The notes beneath the pieces are model-generated. The model searched no databases and was not told the DNA's origin. It saw only the letters and a list, made by a program, of their open reading frames with translations. A program made the translations under genes and the position numbers. A DNA stretch of 63,036 nucleotides, filler included, from Vannella sp. (Eukaryota), in NCBI GenBank assembly GCA_023345925.1. It is 6 parts of 6 records of this genome, joined end to end, with 100 filler letters (N's around TTAATTAATTAA, not from the genome) between each part and the next. Parts side by side here need not be neighbours in the genome. Positions count along the whole stretch, not along the records: positions 26,024 to 38,763 come from JAJQQN010000176.1; positions 38,864 to 48,766 come from JAJQQN010000208.1; 4 more parts are not named here. The stretch is one strand, 5' to 3'. Positions within the stretch are counted from its first letter, which is position 1. Each line of letters opens with the position of its first letter. Below are positions 30,110 through 44,061 of the stretch, piece by piece.

Positions 30110-32730
30110 TTAAATCTCTGCTACGGACTCATCCGGGGCAGATTCTGCCTCCTCGTGGCTCTCATTTGACTCTACTAACTCTGTTTTGGCCAATTCTCCT
30201 GATTCAAGGAGGCTTCCACTCGCCTTCTTGGATTTTTTACTCTTTTTGCGGTCTTTCGGCTTGCTTTCTGAGGCGCCACATGATGATTGTGAGAGAGTCT
30301 TTCCCCTTAGGGAAGCGCTTAAGTAGATTATGGTGAGAGCCACGGGAGGAAAGAGTGATGCAGAAGCTGTCCAGGGAGCCAAATCTTCATCTGTACCAGT
30401 CTGGAGAATGCGTTCAGGATTCCAGTTCCAGATGGCGCCAGACTCCGCACCAGAAAGTTTGAATTCATTGGTGAAGTCTGTCCAAGAGTATGGAACTGGC
30501 TCTTGGCCCTCGAGGTTAGCGCTCCACGTCAATCCATCCCATTGAATACGCCCAAACTGCTCCCCAGAGGCTCCAACTCCATCCCAATGGTATGTAAGGT
30601 CCGTATGAGAAGCACTGATAACTCCTTCCGAAGAAAAAGACCAAATCTCTTCTCCATGAGACAAAGTAATCGTCTCAGATCCAGCTGCAGGAGTGAATAG
30701 CTCCTTCACAAACCCTCCAGCATCAGAGCAGACTGAACGGCCCTCACTAACTTTCGCACAAATTGTAGAGAGTCCAACAATCCAATGGAGCATCTCGTGA
30801 GACATCTCACAAGCAAGAAGGATTGCCTCTCCAATCACTTGCACTTTGAAAACGAACTCCTTGTCCTTCTTCTTTCCAAGATCTGACTCCACTGTCACAC
30901 TGAGGATATCTGCAAGGGCGTAAACTTTCACCAAAGAGGCGCACTATTCGAAAATAAGATACTTTCGGGGAACAAGGAAGGAAGGAAAGGAGTTCCTACC
31001 GGTTCGTCGCGATAAATCTCGAACTTTTCAGTGTTGAGAATGGCCCATCGCTGCTTCCATGTGGAAGAGAAGTTTGAGGAAGTCAATACTTGAATTGTTC
31101 CTCTTTGTTGAGTGGGTGCCTGACTCCCATTCAGTCTCTCTAAAAGTAGTATAGTTGTTCTCACTTACCGTAGATGGCTCTACAGTTGTCTTTCGACCAA
31201 ATAGAGAGCTCGCCCGGGCTTTGACATCGATTGTGCCTCTTCGTCTGGAAGGGACGGGGGATCGCGAAGCTCTCTCGTCTGTTTGAGGAATTTGGAGCAG
31301 ATTCTCTTCCTCCTTCTTCTTCTCCTTCTTCTTCTCCTTCTTCTTCACTGCCTTGACCTCTGAAGGGGCTGTGACAGGGGTTGAAGGGTCGGAACAGGGA
31401 GAGGGCGCCGGTTCGACAGTCGTCGAGTGAGTTGGAGACGGTGGCGAGACCCACGACAAGTCTGATCGCACTCGTGCACGTGGATGGCGCTTCTCTGTGT
31501 CTAATCCAAGCTCCGCCTCTGTCTTCTTCCTGCGCATCATCTTGCTGAACAGGTTTTGCTTGAGCTTTGCGTGGCGCTCCTCTGCCTGTGCCAGGGCGAT
31601 CTGAGCTGCTTCTGGCATAACAGAAAAGGGAGCTGCCTTTGTCAGCATCGCTCCTCTCATGCTACGGCGGGGCTCTGGTGACGGTTCAGGCCTGTACTCC
31701 TCTTCTTGGACTTCAACCTGCTCCTTTACAGACTCTGAAGGCTCACGGCAGAGTTCTGTGTCTTCTTCGTTCTCTTTGATGCTAGACTCGTCTTGCAAAG
31801 GGACTTGGGAAGAGGGAACAGCCTCAGACGCGTCACTGACTTCCTCCGCAATGGCGGACGTCTCTCTAGAGATCTCCTCAGGCTCCTTGTCTTCTTCAGA
31901 GCACTCGGCTGTCTGCTTATCGATCTCTTGAGCCCTCTCCTTTTCCCTTTCGCTCTCCCTCTCAGCTGCAAGGGCTTTCTCCTTCTCCTGTTCCTCAAGC
32001 AAACGAGCTTTGCTCGACATTCGGAGCTTCACCAAGCGTGAGGGCTCAGCAGAAGATTGGTCGCTCTTGTTCATAGGCTCCTTGATGGATGTCTGAAGCA
32101 GGAGGAAGCCGATGTTGAAGAACTCGTCGCCCTCGATCATTTCCACCTCATACTCGTCCATTTCTCCCGTGTTGAGGAACTGTGCCGTTGGAGGTAAGTA
32201 CCTGAGCAACCTTTCATACAGGAGAGCATCCAGACCTGGAAAATAGAGTACAGGAACGCTTCAATCTTGAAAAGAGCCTCCGCAGAATCTGTCCGGTCCA
32301 GGTAGAGGGTGATAGAGCTCACACGGCGCTTCAAGATAGAGAGACGAAAGAGACAAAGGTTAGACCAGTCAGCAAGGTTGATCTGAGTCGGCTCGTTCAT
32401 CACAGACTGGTCCAAACCGATGCCGAACATGTTCATGCACTAAAAGGCCCCCAGGTCGAGTCAGAGACGTACAAGTACCAGAGGAAGTGTACGAGGTTGA
32501 CGTACATCCGTAATACCCTTTAACTCCTCGTGTACGATGACAGCGTCCTCATTCGAGGCGAGAGTGAGAAGATCTTTCCGCATCAGGGCCAAATGGTCCT
32601 GGAACTTGCCACAGTACTCTTTACACAACTCCCTCTTCTCATCTATTGCCTCTTCATCCTCCTGCAAGCGCTCAATATCCCGTTCCCGTTGGTCCGAAGG
32701 CGCATAAAAGTCCACCTGAAGCTCGCTCAT
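30110..32730 (-). CDS. Unknown N-terminal domain + acidic linker + PH + Trp-rich C-terminal domain (paralogue A)
   Basis: WKQRWAIL, FVFKVQV..LLACE..EMLHWIVGL PH; N-terminus nearly identical to neighbouring gene. Confidence 0.75.
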
Positions 32731-32905
32731 CCTCCAAATGACCTTCGAAATGCCTTTTTCTATTTTCTATTATTCCACTTGGCCCTGACATGAAAGGGGA
32801 GGGGCTGAAATTTCTTTGGAAATTTCCGACTGGGGAAGGCTGGTTTTGGGGCGTTTGGCCGTCTTGGAGGTGAGCTTGTGTGGGTGGGGTCAAGTAGAAG
32901 GATAT

Positions 32906-35448
32906 TTAATGAGCGGATGTGGCTGTGTCCTGGCGTTTCCGCCGTTTGGGTTTCTTGGAGGCTTTCTTCCTTTGTGCGTTGCGTTCTTGAACGGTTTGGC
33001 CTTCGATTTGTTTGGCTTCTGGGAGGATTTGGTGGCCGTGAAGAAGGAGACTTAAACAGACAACAATCATGTTGACTGGAGGGGCGATGGGTCGAAGAGA
33101 CTTCCAAGGTTTCTTGAGCTCAACGGATTCGTCCCCGATTGCGTCTGTGCGAATTTGCAGGAATCGGTCTGGTCTCCAAGCCCAGCATGCTCGACTCTCT
33201 CCCTCCTCATCAAGAGAAGCAGAGCGGAACTCCTTGTTACACTCCACCCAATTGCATTCGAAGGTCACTTGACCTTCCCGGATGACACTGAATGTGAGAC
33301 CGTCCCATTGGATGGTACCAAGATTGTCACCAGCCACTGAGCGACAGTCTAAACCATTCCACATATACTTGATGGGAGATCCGACCAACATCAGCATGCC
33401 AGATGCATAAATCCATTGTTCTTCATCCCGTTTGATAGCAGACTGCTCTTCGTATTGCTTCATGTAGAGTTCTTGTACCCAGATGCTCTAAATCCAATGA
33501 GAGAGAAGCCAACTAGGTTTGAGAGAGAGGCAACTAACTGTCTGGTCGTTCAGAACCTTCTCCGGATAGGATTTGCTGAAGATTCTGCTTATTCCAACTG
33601 CCCATTGTAAGAGCTCCTTTCTTGTGGGGGCACAGAATTGAATCGAATCGCCAGGCACATCCAATATGAATATGAATTCACGCGCCTCCTCTTTGCCCTT
33701 TCCCCCTTTCTTCTTCCCCTTATCCTCCTTCCCTGACTCATTGCCTGCAGGTGACTCAATCAATCGTAGGCCAGAGATCAGGCCAATGGAGAGTGTCCTG
33801 CTAAGATCTGTACACTATCTTCATGTCAGTATGGCTCCAGGATCCGCATCTGCTTTCTCACAGTATCATCTCGGTACAGTTCCAACTTGTCCTTGTTCAG
33901 AACAGCCCAACGCGTTCTCCAAGAAGGTCGTATTCCTGACCCCAGCTGGCGAAGTGTCCCATGCACCAAAGGTGGTTCCTGCAAGACAGTCAGTACTCTG
34001 AAGGCTCATAATCAAGGTGAACCGACCATGGAAGGCTCCAATTGACTCCGTTTCACAGTAAAGGCAGATATCGAACGCAATCGATCCTTCTTGCGTGGGT
34101 TTGGAGGACTTTCTTCACCATCCCTCACAGATAACACCCGCTTAATCATTGGCGAGTTGGTCGGGGCCAGGAATTCAGGAGCTGCGTTCTCTGACGTCAG
34201 AGAGTCCTTTCGTTTGCGAGTGAGCTTTGTCAAACGACTAAGGAGCAATTTGGAAGTGCGAGGAGCAGTTGAAGGTGAATCAGTAGCATCTGAAGTGGTT
34301 ACAGAAGACTCCACCCCTTTGGGGGATGAGGAAATAGAGATGGCAGGTTTGTCTTTGCGGTCTCTTTTGCTCTTCCTCCGCTCCCTCTTTGCAGGGCTAT
34401 CAGGAATGTCGTAGATGGCTTCTTCCTCAACAGTAAGACAAGGAATGGACGAGTCAGACTGAGTGAGAACTATTTCAACCGAATCAGTGAGATCCCGGGC
34501 CTCTCCGGCAATGTCAGAGTCCCTTTGCTGCTCTTCTGGCTGTGGCTCGGGCGTGGCAGTGACTTCATTCTCCTTCATGGTCTCTGGAAGTACCTGAACA
34601 TCATCTTCTGCCGACTTCTCGTCGGGAAGGGGCTTGCTGAGAGGTTCTTCCTCCTCAAGATCCATCTCCTCATTCTTTAGCTCTTCAGAGACATCAGGGC
34701 TCTCTTCAGAAGACTCTGCTTTCACTATAGGTTCCTCTTCTTCGGGTTTGGTCGACTTGACGGGCTTATCCTGTCCATATGACGCAGCCAAAGGACTTTC
34801 CTTCCTCTCGTGTCGATTGAGAGGATCCTCCATGGACGACTGCAAGAGAAGGAAGGAGATGTCCCAATAGGCATCCTGTTGGATCATCTCGACTTCGTAT
34901 TCGTCCATCACTCCAGTTTGAAGGAACTAGAGGCGCGTTAGGCGTTGTATCTCGCCGTTCTCCTTCTCACCTCAAACACAGAGTACAGGAAGGCTTCTAT
35001 CTTCAACAGTGCCTCAGCAGAGCCTGTTTTGTCAATGTATATGCGAATGGAGCTCACACGACGCTTCACAATCGCCAGGCGGAAGAGGCAGAGGTTCGAC
35101 CAGTCCGCCAGGTTGATTTGCGTGGGTTCATTCAACACAGATTGATCCAATCCGATCCCAAACATGCTCATGCACTGCAGAAGCCTGAGGAACATCCTGA
35201 ACAGTGGGGAGAGAACGTACGTCCGTGATGCCCTTCAACTCCTCGTGGATGATCACCGCATCCTCATTGGAAGACAGTGAGAGGAGATCCTTGCGCATCA
35301 AGGCCAGATGATCCTGAAACTTGCCACAGAACTCCCGACAAAGAAGGCGCTTCTCGTAAAACTCGTCCTCGTACGCCGCCAGCTCTTTCGCCACGCGATC
35401 TCGCTGCTCCGGAGTGGCATAAAAGTCGACTGTGAGCTCCCCTGACAT
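32906..35448 (-). CDS. Unknown N-terminal domain + acidic linker + PH + Trp-rich C-terminal domain (paralogue B)
   Basis: WRTRWAVL, FIFILDV..QFCAPTRKELLQWAVGI PH; IQWDGLT shared with paralogue A; same early intron positions. Confidence 0.75.
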
Positions 35449-35815
35449 CAGCCCCAAGCCCACAGCCCCGGCAGGCAGCCAGATAATAAGTCGTCCACGA
35501 GATCATAATTGCGCGTTTATTCCCAGTCATAACTCTCCTTTGCCTTGTCCTCGTCTGATTTCCGGGAGAAGCAGATTGACAGTCGTAAGGTGTTGCACAA
35601 CCGCCTTTCTGCTGGCGGTTGCTGGCACCTCCCCATGATCCGCCGCCCAGACCGTGGATTCTCCCGCCCTTTGCCCAACACCGCCAAAGCCCTCACAAAA
35701 GGCCTTCAGCAGCCAAAGGAGAACTGTGTTGCCACTTCCTTGGTTCCCAAACAAAGTTAGAGAAGAAGCTGGGCCAAGAGGATGTGTTATTGGAAGCTTT
35801 GAAAGAAGTCGGGTC

Positions 35816-37571
35816 TTACTTCTTGCTCTTCTTTTCCTTCTTCTCCTCCTTCTTCTCCTTCTTCTCCTTCTTCTCCTTCTTTTCGCTCTTCTCCTCCTTC
35901 TCCTCCTTCTTCACCTTCTTTTTCTCAGGCTCGTCTCCAGCCACAGAAGAACGCTTGCGCTTCTTGAGGGGAGCTTCCTCCATCTTGACGTCAGCGACTG
36001 ACTCGACAACAGAGGCACCTCCAGCAGCCTTCTGTTGGAGTTTAGCCTGCTTAGAGACCTTGTCCTTCTCGCTCAAAAAACCTTCAGTCCAATAGTCGGG
36101 GGTCTGCTCTGTGGCCTTTCCGTACTTGTCCAACAGTTGTTGCTGAATGAGCTCCTTCTTCCTTGTGGCGCGAGGGCCCTTGCCCCACTTGCGAGGGTAT
36201 GTGTCTCGATCCATGATCACACGCTTGATCTTGGCAACATTGCCGTGATCAATGGTGGCGAGCACAGAGCAGGACATTTGGGCAACAGCCAAAGCGATAG
36301 CCTCACCCTTGGTAGTCATCAAAACAACCTCTGTGTTGACATCAATGCCGTCATCGTAGCGAAGAAGTCCGGGGATCATCAACTGAGCTCCGTAGCAGAT
36401 CGCGTTAACGGCACTGTCCTTGACGACGATTCGCTTGTACTGAGTCAGCAACAACTCGAGAGGCTTGACCACTCGGCGCAAGTAAACCTCTGCAAACATG
36501 ATCAGTCCCAACCGACAAAGAAACTCTCTAAAGAGACCGACGCACCGCTCTTGTTGTGTTCATACTGGTACTGAGCGTCGAGAACGTCGTGCATAGTGAC
36601 GATGTCATCCTGAAATGCAATTAGAACCGATCACAGGGTCTGCAAGAGCACTTACGGCTTCAGAGAGTCGACCAGATCGCACTCGGCGGAGCTCTTGCAT
36701 GTGCGCACCAGTTCCCAAAAGGAGACCCAAGTGGACGCAAAGAGTTCGAACGTATGTTCCAGCTTCGCAATCGAGCCAGACAATGCCCAGGTTGCGCTCG
36801 CTGTCGAACTCGAGCAACTTGCTGGAGTAGATGGTGCGCACTCGAAGAGTTTTCTTCACAGCAGAGATCAGAGGAGGTCTCTGGAAGAGAGCTCCAGAAA
36901 GAGTCTCAACAGCCTTGGCAAGTTGTGCCTCAGTGGCGTCGGAATGAAGGCGGACGACTGACACGTACTCCTTACCAGCACTCTGCTGCGCCTTAACAAG
37001 GCGAGTAGCACGGTTAATGCAAACGATCAGATCACCAGTAACCTTGGGATCTAGCGTTCCGCTGTGTCCAGTCTTCTCCACCTTGAGGATGCGTCTAACA
37101 TGCAAATGTCAGTGTTTGAGGCACGCAGGAGGGCGGAAACGAATGGGAAAATTGCAGTAAATGAGAGGTAGATGACACGTACTTGATCCAGGCGACAACC
37201 TCGTGAGAGGAAGGGTTAGCAGGCTTGTCGAGATTGATGACTCCGTAGTTAAGGTACTCCGTCAATGGGCGCATCAGGGGAGAGCAACCCGATGCAATAG
37301 GAGTGTAGTGTCCAGTGCGAACATGCATCTTGTCAAAGTTCTACCCGAAGCGATCAATACAGCCCCAAACAAACACCCATTGAACCACCAACCTTCAACA
37401 ACAACGGCCATTGGGAGGTATCCAACGCAGGAGTGATGTTCTCTGGCTTGATCGAGTAGTTTCCGTCTGCCACTACACTCCCTTGTTAACACCACACCCA
37501 CCCCCAGCCATCCCCACTTGCTTGAGTCCGACGGGCGCTGGAGAAAAGGAGAGTTTATCAATCTCTCCCAT
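35816..37571 (-). CDS. CBF5: H/ACA pseudouridine synthase dyskerin (5' exon uncertain)
   Basis: [45 protein letters not shown] domain, KKE tail. Confidence 0.95.
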
Positions 37572-37625
37572 TTATTACCCAATAACCTTCTAATTTATGC
37601 ATTTATTTGTGGGAGCCTCCCTTTG

Positions 37626-38545
37626 ATGGCTTCGAATGGGGTTGGAGTCGCGGAAGTGCGGGAACGGATGGAAGCGAGAGCGAGAGAGTATATTGACACT
37701 CATATGGCGCAGAAGATCGTTAGCATGGACTTGTTGTGTCGTGTGAGTGGAGTGGGAGGAGTGGGGGACGGAGGCTCACGGTTTTCTTTAGCAAACGCAA
37801 GACTTGATCACAGCTGAGGCTTTCCGACAGCAAGTACACAGTGATTTGGAGCTTAGAAATACCCCCGCTCCTTTAGGAAAGAAGCGAAAGCTATCGGGAG
37901 CCGCTTCAGCCTCTCATCTTGAAGACTTGGAGGACTCTCCCCTTCTTCCTTGCAACAAAGTCAGTTTCTCTGAAGGGTGGGCATATGTACTCACCAACCA
38001 CACAACAGACCATCAGGGAGATCGCTTCCACCATCAAAACGGAGGCGATGCAGCTCATGGAATGCATGAACACAGTTCGGGTGTGGATCAAGGTGAGTGA
38101 AGGTGCTGGTGAACGAACCACACGGTCTGAATGGTACCTGGCAGTTGAACATCCCCCGAATCGAGGACGGTAACAACTTTGGGGTGGGAGTTCAAGAAGA
38201 CATCGCTTCAGAGCTGATGAATGGCGTGGATGACACCTTTGGCATTCTCACAGACCTCTCCAAGTACTATCAGAGCCGGGCCAAGTTGGCTTCCAAGGTA
38301 GAGACCGAACCCGTCCCTCTTTCCCTCCCGAGGGGGCGGAACTGATCCTCGTTAAGGTCCTGAAGCACCCTTCGATTGAAGACTACCGCCAATCGATCGT
38401 CGAGTTAGACGAGAAGGAGCTTTACAATCTCCGCCTCTCGCTAATGGCCATTCGAGACATCTACCACAGCGCCCACGACTTGATTGTCAAGAACCAGTCG
38501 AAACTCGAGAAGCCGCGCTCTTCCCACTCCGGACTGCTTTACTGA
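37626..38545 (+). CDS. PSME3: Proteasome activator PA28/REG (gamma-like, KKRK NLS)
   Basis: LNIPRIEDGNNFGVGVQE activation loop, YYQSRAKLASK, DLIVKN..KLEKPR..LLY*. Confidence 0.9.
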
Positions 38546-38763
38546 TCATGAACATTCCTTTTCAATCACTTTGTAGTTCTGGAAACCAGGATCATGATGA
38601 TTCCTTTCTTCTAACTCAATCTTTAGCGAATGGCTGGAACGAACATCTTTAGGTGGAAGTGGAAAAGTCGAATTTTCAAGAAGGAAGGATTCATCTCCCT
38701 TTCAGGTTGAATGACGACTGCCTGAAGGCCACTAACGGAAAGTCCTCGTTTTCGCAGCTCATC

Positions 38764-38863
38764 NNNNNNNNNNNNNNNNNNNNNNNNNNNNNNNNNNNNN
38801 NNNNNNNTTAATTAATTAANNNNNNNNNNNNNNNNNNNNNNNNNNNNNNNNNNNNNNNNNNNN
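38764..38863. other. Artificial contig linker
   Basis: 44 N + TTAATTAATTAA + 44 N. Confidence 0.97.
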
Positions 38864-39812
38864 GTTTTGTCCTTTGCTCCGGAGTGGAAGCGATGTTCGG
38901 CGTACATTCGAATGCAATGTTGGCCTGCAGGATGGAGAACCCATTGAGCAACCTGCTGTTGGTAGCTTTCACTGAAATGGTCAAGACCTGGCCAGCGGAC
39001 TTTCCACATTTCCGGAAACGCAGCTGCTGCTACAAAGTAGGAAAGAGCACTGAAGGTCAAATCAGCAGCAGTAAATGAGTTACCAACCAAGAACTTCCGG
39101 CCGTCACTCAACGCTGCTCCCACTTTCTCAAACACTGCGTCAATCTTGGCAGTACTTTCTTCGATGCTGTCTGTTCCTTCCAGATCAATACCCAGCTCCT
39201 TTGTCATCTGCGAATCTTGTTAAAGGTCCTCCACAGTTGGGCCTCTCTGCTTACCACACGTTTGATACCAAAGAGCATTTTCGGCGCCATTCTTCTTTCT
39301 GCGTTGGAGAGCTCGGCTGTCATGACGACCAATGACAGTGCTGTATCCTTGAGCACATGAGAGTACGCGAATCTACGAACAGCCACTCCCAATTGCTGGT
39401 CAAAGTAATCTTCCCAATCGGCTATTTGGGGAGCAAGATCCTCCGGATAAAGCCATGATAATGAGCTGTCGGAGGCTTGCAGATAACGAAGGATCTCAGT
39501 TGAATCAGTAGTGAAAGGAGTCTCTGCGTTCCGAGTGACAAGGCAGGGAGTCATGGACTTGTCCTTGGTAACGGGGAGAGTGTAGAACATTTGAACGCCA
39601 GGAAGATGTGGGTCTTCCGTAAACTCTCGAGAGCCCAAATCCAAAGCCCACCTCACCTTCTCGACGTAATGAGAGATTCCGATGCTGATAAGTCTCAATT
39701 TGTCCGGATCTTCAACTGCCGGAGACAACCAAGTCAACGCACTGCCCACCATCTTGAGGGGGAATGGCAAATTGGCCCACGAAGCCTGTGGCATGTCTTG
39801 CACTTCACTCAT
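38864..39812 (-). CDS. Glutathione S-transferase-like protein (3' end at contig edge)
   Basis: SHYVEKVRWALD, TPCLV..TDSTEILRYL, FLVGNSFTAADLTFSAL; one intron. Confidence 0.85.
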
Positions 39813-40094
39813 CGGGGGCAGAGAAAGAATGGCCAAGGCACCAACTCCGAATCAACGCGGCGATTGGCTGGCGGAAAACACTTCCGATTGGTCAAAGACC
39901 GAGTCTTGGTGGGCCAAGTCGCATGCTCTATGGTCGGGTCCCTGGATCTTTCAACGTCCAGTTCCTGCTAATCGGCGGTCCGAAGGGCATGTTCTAGTCG
40001 TACTTCCCTTTTCAGAGTTCAGTTCTTCCAAGTAAATCCGCATCGCGCAAGAGAGAGAGGAGAGACCTTTTAGTTATTCCACAATAGGACGATC

Positions 40095-42255
40095 TCATTT
40101 GCTGGACTTCTTTTGAGGCTTCTTTCCCGCTGGCTTTCCCTTTTTGGCGCTTTGGCCGCCCTTTTTGGTGTTTTGGCCGCCCTTCTTGGGTTGCTGAGGA
40201 GACTTTGCTTTTGGCTCAGGTGCTTTTGGCTTTGGAGGGCTCATGAAGCGAGGAATAGACTCTTCCTCGCCATCACTATCACCTTCTTCCTGAGAATCAG
40301 TGGGCTCTGTAGGCTCACCTACTGCTGTTCCTTCTTCGTCCTCCTCTTCCTCTTCCTCTTCCACGTCAATCTCGGACTTCTTCTTTGGAATATCATTCGC
40401 GAACTTCTTCAACTTGCACACAAAGAACCCATCAGTGTTGTGAGTATGAGGGTAGAAGCGGCGGACGTGTTTCAAAGAAGGGTGGAAGCGCTTGTTCCGG
40501 TATTTGGTGAATCCGGGTGTGCCGAAGGATAGTCCAGTGTCAATGACCTTCACATTACGACGGTGAAGGACATAGTCCACCACAGCTTCATTCTCTTCGA
40601 CAGTAACAGAGCAAGTCGAGTAGACAATGATTCCACCCTCCTTTGACTTGGCATTGCAACTGTCAATCGCAGCGAGGAGTAGCTCCTTCTGCAGTTGGGA
40701 GGTCTTGATGATGTCCTCCTCTACTTTGCTGACCTTAACGGAAGGATCCCGAGAGATCACACCCAACCCGGTGCAGGGAGCATCAAGGAGAACCCGATCG
40801 AACCCGCAATTCATCAAAGAAGCGTACTGGCGGCCATCATAGTTAGTGATAACCGCATTCTTCACGCCCAATCGATGACAGTTGGCCACCAGTGACTTGG
40901 TTCGCGCCTTATTCGAGTCATTGGCGAAGACAACTCCAGTGTTGTTCATCAAGGCACAAATGTACGTGGTCTTGCCTCCAGGGGCAGAGCACATGTCCAA
41001 CACCTTCTCCTTCTCCAGTGGACCTAATGCCATGACTGGCAAGAAAGAAGAAGCACCTTGGAGCATGTAGTATCCAGAAAGGTACTCGGGAGTGGCACCA
41101 ACAGGCACCTGAGAATCATACACCTGCAACCCTACTTTGCTCCATTTGATAGGGTCGAGGTTCACACCACGGTTGATCAAAGCCTGTGCGAGATCTCGCC
41201 GCCGGCTCTTAAGAGTGTTGGTACGAAGAGTGACAGGACGAGGCACTTCATTCGCCTCAAAGAACTCCACTGCCTCTGAAGGAGAGAAGAGCCGCAAGAA
41301 CAGCTCTGTCAAGTACGAGTTGTATCCGTACACAGTTTCCAAGTCCTCCTTGAGCTACAAGAGGAGATCAGTTGGCTGATCAATCATGATCAGAAAGGCC
41401 TCTCTCCCTCTTACCTTCTCCAGGTAGTCCTTGCGTGAAACACCGTCCTGCTTGGATGCCTTGAAGTTGTTGAGTACACCAATGATCTCCTGGATCCGGC
41501 GATTGACGTCTTGAAGGTCTTGGATGTCCTCATTGTTCAGATCAAACTTCTCTCCGTCTGTGATGTTCGTCTTGAGCTCCTTTTCAGCTTGTTCCTTAGC
41601 CAAGCGGATCTTTTGGTCCTGAAGACGAGCTCGTCGCTCAATAGCAGTCTCCTCTCCATCGGATTCGTCCGAATCGCTGTTCATCATCCCCTCCTCCATC
41701 TCGTCATTGTCGTCCGAGTCGCTGTCATCGTCGTCCTTCACCTTGAGCCAAGATGCATTGTGGTCGCTGAAAGCGCCCTGAGCTGCATCGCTGTCCTCGC
41801 TGTCATCATCGAGCAATTGTTTTCTTCTGTACGATCGAATCCAACGCAAGAGGAGTGATCCGTTAGCCAAGCCTTCACAGCGAGATGCAAGATCAAACAA
41901 GTGGGGCACTTAACTGGATAGAAGAAGCCTGTTCCTCGCTATCATCCTCGGCATCGCTAGCGAGGGCGTCCATGTCGAACTCGTCGTTCTCTGCAGCGAT
42001 GTCTTCGCTGCTATCATCCGCATCAAACAGAGATTCGATGTTGCTGGCTTGAAGCGTCTCCACGGTATCCTCCTCCTCCTCTTCTTCAAAGGCAGGAACT
42101 TTAAAGACAGTCTCCCTGAGCGATCAGGCCCTCCCAATCAGCATAACATCACACCAGCCCCCTAACCACACTCACTTTGAAGTCTTTTGCTTCTTCTTAG
42201 GTGTTCCACCCGCGCTGGACCTCGGCCGCTTCTTCATCCCCACGTTGCGACCCAT
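40095..42255 (-). CDS. NOP2: 25S/28S rRNA m5C methyltransferase
   Basis: RPVTLRTNTLK, LDMCSAPGGKTT, LLDAPCTG, YSTCS..EENE, HNTDGFFV. Confidence 0.95.
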
Positions 42256-42405
42256 TCCGGCTTGCCAAAAGAAAGAACCAAACTCACTATAATTAATGAA
42301 ACTTTGCAACAAGGAAAATGAAAGCTCTTCAAAAGATCTTTTGGTTTTGGGATATTTTGGTTGGACCAATCAGGAGTCAGTGGATCTTGGCCTCTTGGTT
42401 GGGAC

Positions 42406-43945
42406 ATGTCTTCCTCGACTGCTATTCCAAGTTTGTGTGGAGATGAGAGGAGTGATGGAGTCTAACAGGAATGGACAGTTTCCCCGCAGCTTGCAGATGC
42501 ATTCAAGCGTCAGGATTCGCGTTACTTTGTTGTTCGCATTGAGAATGGTTTGTAGCGTGGGCTTTGGTGTTGCCCTTCTAACATGTTGTTGTAGAGGTGC
42601 TCGTGAACAGCTATGGACATCCAAAGGGCGGTTCAGTACAGAGTGGTGCGTAATTGAGAGGGAAGCGTTTGATGGAGGTCTCATGTGTTACAGATTGGAA
42701 CACGGTGGCTCAGAATACCGGTGGCTCTGCTTGCTACATTCTCTTTGAGCTGGCTGCAAGGAGTTGGATTACAATCACCTTCGTCCCTGCTGGAACAAAG
42801 GTTGGATTGATGCTTGGAGGGTTCCTAGGCTGACTTTGAGAGCAGATCCGGGACAAGATGATCTATGCTGCCACCAAGGCCACCCTCCTGAACCATCTGG
42901 GCTACCAGTTCTTCTCGGAGGAGCTGCACGCAAATGATGAGGTAAGAAAAGCTTCCTGCAACGCTGCAGGGTAAGCTGACTTGCTGGTTCTCAGGAGGAA
43001 CTCAAGTATGATTACTACATTGCCTCAAAGAAGCCTGTCAGCGCTCTCAGTGCAGCTGAGGAGGTCCGAAACCAAGTGGTATGTGGTCTTGCAAGCAATC
43101 AGGAGGGATTGGTGACCCTCCGTCTAGTACAAGCAAGAGGATGAAGAGAGAAACTTCCGTTCGAGTGTCATTGGGTCATCCGGCATCTCTAGTGGCTCAA
43201 AGGCTGCTGGCAAAGGCATTGGAGGGTACCACTCCGTAGCGATGCCCTTCGATCAAAGTGCTGAGTCTCTTGTACGAAGCATCATCAATGGAACAAACTC
43301 CTTTGTCGAGCTGGTACGAAGATCTTCACCACAAGTCAGCACACTGACTTGAGCAGGCCATCAATGACGGAAAGGACGGAATCATCGGTGTTAGCGGCAA
43401 GAACGTTGATATCTCTGGTGCCCCTTCACAAGTGAACACTTCAGAGCCTCGATATTACCTCCTCAAGCACCAGGGGAAGAATGGTGCGGAAGTTGTCCTC
43501 TCCTTTGGTCCATTCTGACAAGTGGGGACAGCTCTGGTCTACTGCTGCCCTGCAAAGTCTCCTCCAAAGCTTCGAATGGTCTACTCAACCGCGAAAGGCT
43601 CCGTTTGTGCCGAGGTGGCGAAGCTTGGCTTTGCCGTGAGCAAGACCGTACGTTTCCTCCTCTCCACACCGCCCACACTCACCCCTCTCGCAGGGAGAGA
43701 TCACAGAACCTTCAGAGCTCACTAGTCAGCTCATCAACGAGCTGAACGGGTCAACTCCCGGCCCAAGCGGGAACCGATTCGGAGGTCCCACTCGCTCCGC
43801 CGTCTCTGCAGGTGACGGAACCGTCAAGTCTTCACGGCAATCTGTCATGGCAGGTGCTCATCCCATCTACTCGCTCATGGGAAGCCCCGGAAGCGACGGA
43901 GCGCGCAAAAAGAAGATCGTTCTTCCTCCCCCTGGAGCCTACTAA
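42406..43945 (+). CDS. TWF: Twinfilin (two ADF-H domains), ~10 exons
   Basis: Spliced WITITFVPAGTKIRDKMIYAATKATL and LVYCCPAKSPPKLRMVYSTAK; tail KKKIVLPPPGAY*. Confidence 0.88.
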
Positions 43946-44061
43946 CCGAGTATGCACTGAATACACGGAACCCTCACCGGTACTATCAACTGGATGCCTT
44001 TGGGTGCCATTTGAAGGTTCTCCTTCTCTGGTGTGCGGGTCCGCTTCACTCTTCTCGCTGG

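Noticed and set aside
35619..36095. Phe/Ser-rich plus-strand ORF as a membrane protein
   Set aside because: Antisense shadow of the dyskerin KKE tail
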